Assembly: GCA_964016885.1 (NCBI GenBank)
Contig: OZ024742.1
Coordinates: 33,976,001 to 34,040,000 of the forward strand
DNA length: 64,000 nucleotides
Direction: 5' to 3'
Origin: Eledone cirrhosa
Lineage: Eukaryota
Shown here: one piece after another, positions 55,039-64,000 of the stretch
How positions within the stretch are numbered: the stretch's first letter is position 1
Layout: each line of letters opens with the position of its first letter
Program-made: the position numbers and the translations under genes
Notes under the pieces: generated by a model
The model's database searches: none
The model's input: only the letters and a program-made list of their open reading frames with translations
Told to the model about the DNA's origin: nothing

Positions 55039-55517
55039 GTGAGGAAGATGAAAGACCAAGGGAGCACCCCTTCTCTGTGCTCCTGAGGAGAAGGGTTGCA
55101 CACTTTTTTCGGGGGTGTGTGCGACCCCCCAAGGCGCCTCCTCTCTATTGAGGATTTTGTTAAAAATTTTATTTTTTGTTATATCTTATTTTATTTTTAT
55201 ATTTTGTTATTGCCTCCTCCTTATTGAGGACGCCTTTTTGTGTAAACTCCCCCCTTTGTACTTGTCCCACTTTTGATGCCCTAGTGGCAAATAAAAGAAA
55301 TATATCTATCTATCTATACACACACGCGTGAAACTTGGTGAGTAAGTTCTGCTTAAATTTCTATAGAAATTCTTGACTGTAAACTTTTATTTTTGTACCA
55401 TTTTGTAGACGGACTGCCAGGTCAAATTTTGATCTGGTCAGTCTCTCAAAATATTCTACCCCTTTAGGCGAAATAGTTAACAAAAATTTTTTTTTGAAAA
55501 GCTAACATTTTTTTTCA

Positions 55518-57284
55518 ATGGCTGAAGCTTCTTCACCAAAATTCGAAGGAGGAAAGAGGAAGATATGCTTACAGCTTCCCCCTGCCACTGTCATAGTAGC
55601 AGATGTCAAAGACAAATGTCAGCCAGAGGAACGATTTTCTCCACCTGCTGACCGACAACTTGACGTTGCTATGGCAACAAACCAAACAACAAGCGGTACC
55701 AGCAACAACAACAACAACAATACTACGAACGAAAACAACACCAACAACAATAACAATAACAACAAGACCAATAACTGTGATAACTACAACACCATTAATT
55801 ACAGCAGCAACACAAACAAGGAAAAGGTCTCCTTCGCCCAGACGGCAAGGAAAACCCTGGATTATCTGCCAGTAGATATAAGCAAAGCGAAGGAGCTACT
55901 GGCAGATGCCAAAAAATACATAATGTACGGGGAAAATGGATCATTTTCGATCCCCCCCCCCCGGAACTAAAAAGCCAGAGAGTCCGAAACACTGTCATGT
56001 TTAGGACAGTCTCAAACAAAAGCAAAAAACCAGCTCAACCATCAAAGAGTGAGATAGAGCTGGTTTTAAAAGATGTCACGAAAGACATCATATTCATTCA
56101 GAAGGATAGACTCTACGGGAGTCTATCCATTCTCATGAAGGACAGGGACACAGCAGTGAAACTGTCCATAAAACCAATTACATCCACCGCATACACATTC
56201 TACCCTACGTACATGGGTAGAAGAACACAAAAAATAAAAATTCACACCATCCTGCCGATTATGGACATATGGTGGGTATTGACAGGTTTCCTGAACCTAG
56301 ACGATGACACACTAATATCCATGGGAAAGGCATCGGGTGACGCGTTCAGTGGAACGAGCCTCGAACTTGTAGTTCAAATGAGGCCCGAAAGGATCGCCCA
56401 GATCCCAGAACGCGTCATACTGGATGATCAAACTTTTATCAACATTACCGTTGAGGGTAGGTGGCCCACGTGTTGCCTCTGTGGAGCCAGAGGTCACCTG
56501 AGGGCTGTCTGTCCTCAACTTAATAAGCAAACCCCAATCCTGCCTACACCACCAACAACTGCACAACCAACACAATCACCACAACCACCACTACAAAAAC
56601 AACAACCACAGCTCAGACCAAAACAAAACAATGTGCAACCCATCCCCCCATTAAAAAATAAAACAATTTCCAAAACACCCGCACCGCAAACACAACCCGA
56701 AAATCTACCCCTCCTCGCCAACGCGAAAGATGACCCTCGTTCGTCGTCAGACGAGGAGGAGCACTTCCACACAATCAAAAGAACAAAAAGAAAACACACC
56801 TCAGACACACAAATGAAACAACCCCTCCCCAAAACATAACACAGGCACCAACACAAAAGAGCACACAACAGCAAACAAAAAACAGCACACAAAAGCAAAA
56901 ACATGCATACACATACATAAACACAAGAAATAAAAAACTGCTAAACATTGTGTACAACAACAATTTAGTAAAAACCCAAGGGCCTAACTTCACCCAGGCA
57001 GGGGATTTCCCCCACCTCAAAATGATTAAGGCCCCAGAGGACACATATAAAATACTAAAAAACAACTTTAAAGAGGACCATCCTCCCCCCTGCGTCGGGC
57101 CCATTAACCGCGTCCTCCTAAAACAATTCCCCACCCCCTCCCCAAACACCCACACAACTCCAAACACCCCAACCACACAACACACTGGTGCCCCTACACT
57201 TCCACAAACCACCCCCCCACCCAACAACCCACCCCCACCCTCATGGAAATTGTGCAGCCCGATACCCGGGACGCAGAGAGGTAA
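55518..57284 (+). pseudogene. E4 ORF1, frameshifted
   Basis: Pieces 55518-55970, 55997-56839 and 56950- align to E3 ORF1. Confidence 0.9.
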
Positions 57285-57314
57285 GTGCCCTTTCTCTTCA
57301 CCACCAACATAGCT

Positions 57315-60300
57315 ATGCGAAGAGTAGGCTGTCTAAATGCGCGTGGCCTGGGCTCAACTTGGAAGCAAGTAATGCTTCTAAATGACCTCAGGTCACAACG
57401 TATAGATGTGATGGTTATTTGCGAGGCCCGGATCAGCAACGTGCGACAGCTGGCCCCCACCTTTGATGACTTTGAGATGCACGCATCTCTCTGTCAGCCC
57501 GGAGGTGGGGGTGGGGTTGTCGTTCTGCTGCAAAAAATATCTGGGTCTCGCAACACAGACGGTAAATTTGGACCCGGAGGGTCGACTAGTGGCTCTGGAC
57601 CTTGGCAGTGGTGAAGGCGGAGCGTTTAGGTTGGTAGCCGTCTACGGCCCTTTCGGGTCAATGCGGCCGGACCTCTTCCATCGTCTGGAGACTTTTCTAG
57701 GGACGTCCCACTCCTTGCTATTAGTGGGGGGACTGGAATGGTATCCTAGATGCACGTTGGGACTACGTAGGGGCTTGTCCCGATAGAGAGGGGTGTAATA
57801 GCCTCAAAGGGTTAATCGGTCGATTTGACCTGGCCGACAGATATCGACTATATTTTCCGACTGCGCCAACCTGGACTTGGGAAAACCTCAGCGGATCATC
57901 TAGGTCGTACCTAGATAGGTTCTTAGTTAGAAATAAGGATAAGGACTTTTTAAGTTGTCCAAAAATGCGCATGGTTGGCTATTCAGACCACAAGTTAGTG
58001 ACCTGCATGGTCAACCTTGACAGAACGCATAGATAGGGCCCCGGTTACTGGAAGCTCAACTTGTCCTTACCGGCAAGTAAGGCTTACAGGGACCGGATTA
58101 GCACTTTAGTTAAGGAGCGGTTGACGGGCGCCATTGTCAACAGCAGGTGGTGGGGATCTCCCAAAAGAGAGATTAGAGTAGTCTCTATAGAATTTAGTAA
58201 GGAGTTAGCCTCAAATAGAAATAGGAAGGAAAGGGAGTTGGTAGATAGTGTAGAAGAGGCAATTAGAAGCGGCGACGTGGCCAGAGAGCTAGCGTCGAGA
58301 ACGGCCCTGGGCCAGTTCTTCGACGCGAAACACGAAGGCTGCATCGTCCGAAGCAAAATACGTGCTCTGGGAAACGAGGGGACCAAAGCTGTTAGCTGGG
58401 CCCGCGGGACAGAAGCCAAAAGAGGGAGCAGATCCACTATCCGGTCTTTGCGAGACCAGGATGGATGGGTGATCCTTGAACCTAAGCAGATGTGCGAGGC
58501 TTTTCAAAAGCACTTTGCCAGATTGTTTGGAAGGGGCGGGGAGTCGAATGGGGAAGTGGACTTCGGTCCATACCTTGACGGCCTGTCGCGTCTCTCGGAC
58601 AGGGAGACGAAGTCCTGCGAGGAGCCGATTTCAGCCGCTGAGATAGAGGACGTGCTGAGCCGATGCGGCAAACGCAAATCCCTGGGTTTCGATGGTCTTC
58701 CATACGAACTATATCTAGCTATGCCGGACTTGTTTCCCGATCTCCTCGAGGCGGTCTACTGCAACTGGCAACAGAACGGGAGAATTCCCTGTGCTGTGAC
58801 CAAGGGCGTAGTCACGCTAATGAGGAAGGACGAGAGCAAGGGGGACGATATAAATAATTTCAGGCCCATAACTCTGCTAAATACAGTTACAGATTTTGGC
58901 CAAGGTGCTAGCAAAGAGGTTGGCGCTTGTCGTGGGCAACCTGGTGGGAGATGCGCAGACATGTGCTATCCCGTCCAGGTCCATCCACGACAACTTCCAC
59001 CTCATGCGATACATCATAGAGAGGGTTGGGAACGAACCCGGCTTTGGTGGGGCCCTGATCAACTTGGATCAATCTAAGGCGTTCGATAGGGTCGACAATG
59101 GTTACTGGATGCGGTGCTAGCGGCGGCAGGCTTCGGACCCGTTTTCATGGGCTGGATCAATGCCATGCACAGGAGCCGCATCTGCTCTAGGGTCAAGGTG
59201 AACGGCTACCTCTCGGAGCCGTTCGAAATCGCGCAGTCCATCCGACAAGGGTACCCTCTCTCCTCCCTTCTGTATGTAATGACTAGAGCCACTGCTGCGG
59301 AAGTTGGAGTTGTTGCAGGGCATCCCGTTGGAACCGGGATTGCAGAAAGCGGTGTCGGCCTACGCCGATGACGTAACAGTAATGGTGTCGACGGCCTCGG
59401 AAATCGGGGCGATCGGCACCTTACTGGAGGAGTACGAACTTTTTACAGGGGCTAAGCTGAACCGGGACAAGTCGATCGGTCTGCAACTCGGCACGTGGAG
59501 GGACAGATCAATGCCCTCCGATGGCGCCGTCGGGCGCTGGATCGGACCAGACCTCATGTTTGAGAAGAACTGGGGTAAGGTAACGAACAGGGTGTTTGCA
59601 CTGACCCAGAAGTGGGCCGAGTGCAAACTGTCCCTGAAAGGTCGTGCGGAGGTGGCGAACACTTATATCGCGTCCCTCATCTACTACCGCCTGACCGTTG
59701 TGCCTTGCCCAAGGGAAACGCTCGCCAAAATGGAGCGCACACTCGTCCAATTCCTTTGGAAGAAGCGGGCTCCTATGGTGAGGAGATCCATCTGCTGTCA
59801 ACACCCTTCAAAAGGAGGGCTGGGGATGCCGTGGCTAATGATACGTAAACACGCATTAAGGCTACGGCACCTCCAGGTATTCCTCACCGGTCAACCGGTG
59901 TGGGCCCCGTTTGTGAGGCGAGCCTTTCCCAGACTCGTCTCGCTCACCGAGCTGCAATCCTGGGTCAAGCAAAGACCGAGAAAACTGGGCGCCTGGCACA
60001 CCGAGTGTGCCCAGGCCCTCACGGCTCTCTGGCAGGCGGACCCGGCTGGTGGTTAGCAGGTGCGACGACGCCCTCGGAGAAGCCCTGGCGTGGAGGAAGA
60101 CGAACTGGCCAACCTGTTCGGTAGAACATTAAGCCCGGTACCCATGGATAACTTCCAGAGGTCCATGGCCTGGCAGTGCTACCGAGGGGTTCTGCCCGTT
60201 CGAGAAAGGCTCTACAGACACGGGCGCCCGGGTACGGACCCCTCGAAAAAGATCTGTCCCAGATGTGTGTGCGACGAGGAAACCGTTGCACACGCATTGG

Positions 60301-60669
60301 TACACTGCTCGGGCATTGCCGATCTGTGGGGCTATGTCGAACAACTGCTGTCAAGGGTGGGACCGACCCGGTTGACCACCGAGTCTATTGTAACGATCAA
60401 GCCCCCCCCTCTTCAAAAACGAAGGAGAGGCGGTGTTTCTGCGCGTAATAGCCATGGCAAAAGAGGTTGTATGGTGGACGCGTCTGAAAGGACTGAGGTC
60501 AGACACCTTTTTCTTTAGCCAACAACTGGTCCGTTTCTTCCGATATCATTTCGGAAGAAGGATCAGGATGGAGAGAGAGGTGCTGCACCCCAACCGTTTT
60601 TATGAAAGATGGGTGAAAGTGGCGAGAATGGCCCGCGTGAATGGGCCTTCACTCTACATCAGACTATAG
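57315..60669 (+). pseudogene. E4 ORF2, disrupted
   Basis: APE and RT motifs spread over more than six fragments. Confidence 0.9.
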
Positions 60670-60961
60670 GTGAGGAAGATGAAAAATCAAGGGAGCACCC
60701 CCTCTCTGTGCTCCTGAGGAGAAGGGTTGCACACTTTTTTCGGGGGTGTGCGCGACCCCCCCCCCCTCACGGCGCCTCCTCCCTATTGAGGATTTTGTTA
60801 TTAAATTTATTTTTGTTATATTTTATCTTATTTTTATATCTTGTTATTGCCTCCTCCTTATTGAGGACGCCTTTTTATGTAAACTCCCCCCATTGTACTA
60901 GTCCCACTTTTTGATGCCCTGGTGGCAAATAAAAAGAAAGTTATCTATCTATCTATCTATC

Positions 60962-63900
60962 TTGATAGAGTGAGACACGCTTCACATCGGCTCTGCTATT
61001 CTATCGGAATTTACCCTTACTATAGCAAGTACCAGTGCATTTTTTCTGTGCAACACATTTGGAACACTTACCCCTGTTATTTAGGGAAACATTTTTACAT
61101 TTACCCCCTTTTAAGGGGGTAAAATAAATAACTATTTTTCTGTAAAACTTCTTTCTTGGCCGCATGGCGGGAAAGATGGCAGACATGTCTGCCATTAGCT
61201 CTGCCACGCCCCCCAAGTCTGAAGAACAAAAAATGGATACAACAAAACATTTTTGTTTTAACAAAAGACAAAGAAACAGCACAGAGGCTTTCCCTAAGCC
61301 CACTCACATCAACAGCATACAGTTTCTATCCCTCCTACATGGGTAGAAGAACTCAGAGAATCAAAATACAGACAATGCTGCCCACAATGGACTTCTGGTG
61401 GGCTATTGCTGGCTTCATAGACATGGGCGAGGACACAGTGCTGTCAATGGGGAAGGCATCTGGAGATGCGTTCCTGGGAATGGACCTCGACCTACTAGTA
61501 CAAATGAGGCCCGAAAGAATAGCGCAAATCCCGGATCGCATCTGGCTGGATGACCTCACCCCAATATATATAATTGTAGAGGGGAGAAGACCAGCATGCT
61601 ATTCATGCATGGAAAGGGGACACGTTAAGGCTAACTGCCCGAATCGTATCCCCCAAAAAGGACTATTGCCCACACCCACCACAAACAGTACACCAACACC
61701 ACCCACCTCCAAAAATACACTAACACCACCAACACACACAGCAAACAAAATACAGACACCATCAACCACAAGCACAACACAAACATCACCACCACCATCA
61801 CCAACCACAAGCACGACACAAACATCACCACCACCACCACAAAACACATTCCAAACAAATAATATAAAAAACAGCAACAATTCTACCCCTCCCGCAAAAA
61901 AAACCCACCAGACACCACGTCCCTCCCACCTAGCGCTGAAGAGTTTCCCCCAACTTCTGAAGAAGAAGGAGGAGAAGCCTTCAGACAAGTTAAAAGGAAA
62001 AAAACGAAAGCACACACCCAGCACACCACAACAACAAATAACCCACACACAAACACCAACTCCAATCAAAAACACCCACCCTCGACAAACAAAAATAAAT
62101 CTGCGCCTCCCCTCTTCGAAACATTGACAGCATCACAAAAAAAGACTTTACAATACACATATATAAATAAAGAAAACAAAAAACTGTTTAAATTAATAAT
62201 CAATAGCCCTTTGGTGCAGACCGAAGGGCCAAACTTTATCTCAACAGAGAACTTTACTCATTTAAAAATGATAAAGGTCCCTCTGGACCTTTATCGTTCC
62301 TTAAAAGAACAATTTAAACAGGACGTGAGCCCCCCTGTTTAAAACCGTTAAATCGTGTCCTCTTGGAAGATTTCCCCCATAACCTCTCCTCTCCCTAACA
62401 CAACTCCAAATACCCCAACGCCACCACACTCGGATACCCCCACACCACCACAAAAAATCCCTCCACCCAACACACCCGACCCCATGGAAATTACACAACC
62501 CGGACTCCGGGACGCGGAGAGGTAGGTGCTTTTCTTTCTTCACTTTCAACACCAAAACAGATCAATTGAGAGTTGGTTGTTTGAATGCGCGTGGCCTGGG
62601 CTCAGCTTGGAAGCAAGCAAAGCATCTAAGTGACCTGAGGTCACGAAGTATAGATGTGATGGTTGTTTGCGAGAGTCGGATCAGCAGCGTGCGACAGCTG
62701 ACTCCCGCCTTCGATGACTTTGAGATGCACGCATCTCTCTGTCAACCCGGAGGTGGGGGTGGGGTTGCCGTACTGCTGGATAAACGTCTGGCTCTCGACG
62801 TACAGATTGTTCACTCGGACCCGAGGGGTCGATTACTGGTTCTGGACGTCGGAGGCGGTGAAGGCGGGGCTTTCAGACTGGTCGGTCTTTATGCCCCCTT
62901 CGGGGCTTAAAGAGCCGACTTCTTCCAGCGTCTGGAGACTTTTCTAGGAACGTCGCGTTCCCTGCTTTTAGTGGGGGACTGGAATGGAATCCTAGATGCG
63001 CGTTGGGACTATGCAGGGGCATGTCCCGATAGAGGGGGGTGTAGCAGCCTCAAGGGGTTACTCGATCGATTCGACCTGGTCGATAGATTTCGACTAGATT
63101 TTCCAACTGTGCCAACCTGGACTTGGGCAAACCGCAGTGGTCAATCTAGATCGTACCTCGATAGGTTTTTGGTTAGGAGTAAGGATAGGGACGCATTTAG
63201 TTGTCCAGAATTGCTCATGGTTGGCTATTCAGATCACAAATTAGTGACCTGCGTGGTCAACCTTGATAGAACGCATAGACAGGGTCCCGGTTACTGGAAG
63301 ATGAACTTGTCCTTGCCGGCAAAGGAAGCTTACAGGAACCGGATTAGTAGCTTAGTTAAGATGCGGTTGACGGGAGCGATCGTCAACAGCAGGTGGTGGG
63401 TATCTCTAAAGAGAGAGATTAGAGTAATTTCGATAGGTTACAGTAAGGAACTAGCGGCGAATACAAATAGGAGGGAAATGTAGTTGACAGATAAACTAGA
63501 ATAGGCGATTAGGAGCGGAGACGTGGCCAGAGTGTTAGCGGCGAGAACGGCGTTGAGCCAATTCTTTGACGCGAAGCACGAAGGCTGCGTTGTCCGAAGT
63601 AAAATACGTGCTTTAGGAAACGAAGTGACCAAAGCTGTTAGCTGGGCCCGCGTGACAGAAGCCAAGAGTGGGATTAGATCCACCATTCGGTCTTTGCGAG
63701 ACCAGGATGGACGGGTGATCCTTGAACCTGAGCGGATGTGCGTGGCCTTTCAAAGGCACTTTGCTCGACTGTTCGGAGGGGGCGGGGGGCCGGACGGGGA
63801 TGTGGACTTCGGTCCATACCTCGACGGTCTACCGCGTCTTTCGAGCGGCGAAGCGGAGTGCTGCGAAAGGCCAATCACAGCCACTGAAATCGGGGAAGCG

Positions 63901-64000
63901 CTCAGCCAATGCAGCAGACGCAAATCTCCGGGCCTCGATGGTCTACCATACGAACTTTATTTAGCTATGCCGGTCTTGTTCTCCGAACTCCTCGAGGCTG
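60962..64000 (+). mobile_element. E5, another subfamily, internally deleted ORF1, runs off window
   Basis: Distinct 5'UTR. ORF1 (ATG 61176 to stop 62525) lacks much of the N-terminal half but keeps CYSCMERGHVKANC. ORF2 from ~62566 has stops at 62908 and 63481. Confidence 0.9.

Larger units (their letters stand above)
49608..55300 (+). mobile_element. E3, near-intact L1/Tx1 element
   Basis: Intact ORF1, ORF2 with one frameshift, (TATC)n on both sides. Confidence 0.95.
55318..60940 (+). mobile_element. E4, full-length decayed copy of the E3 subfamily
   Basis: 5'UTR and ORFs closely match E3, with many frameshifts, stops and small deletions. Ends aataaaaagaaag then (TATC)n. Confidence 0.93.

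Noticed and set aside
41997-60961. Target-site duplications for E1-E4
   Set aside because: Cannot be defined inside a periodic (TATC)n target.
42234-63874. Antisense ORFs over the LINEs
   Set aside because: Shadow frames of compositionally biased coding sequence with no recognisable motifs.

Overview
AT-rich, microsatellite-dense eukaryotic repeat DNA. The tRNA-headed SINEs and (TA)n load resemble octopus/coleoid cephalopod genomes (inference). I found no confident host gene. The window has three zones. (1) 1-21.5 kb: (TA)n/(CA)n/(CTA)n tracts holding SINEs, decayed R4/Dong-, RTE- and Penelope-like fragments, and many short fold-back or tandem elements. Several of these carry type I hammerhead ribozyme folds from at least four sequence families, including a U3-A8 core variant with compensatory stem changes. 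(2) 21.5-38.5 kb: a ~17 kb array of a 48-bp unit with block-duplicated variants. (3) 41.9-64 kb: five co-oriented L1/Tx1-clade non-LTR retrotransposons from several subfamilies, each separated by a (TATC)n tract, suggesting a (TATC/GATA)n-targeting family. In these elements the ORF1 stop overlaps a splice-donor-like site (AG|GTAAGT) and the ORF2 stop is an acceptor-like TAG|G. Joining the two would excise ORF2 exactly and rebuild the ORF1 stop codon. This splicing idea is a hypothesis from sequence alone.
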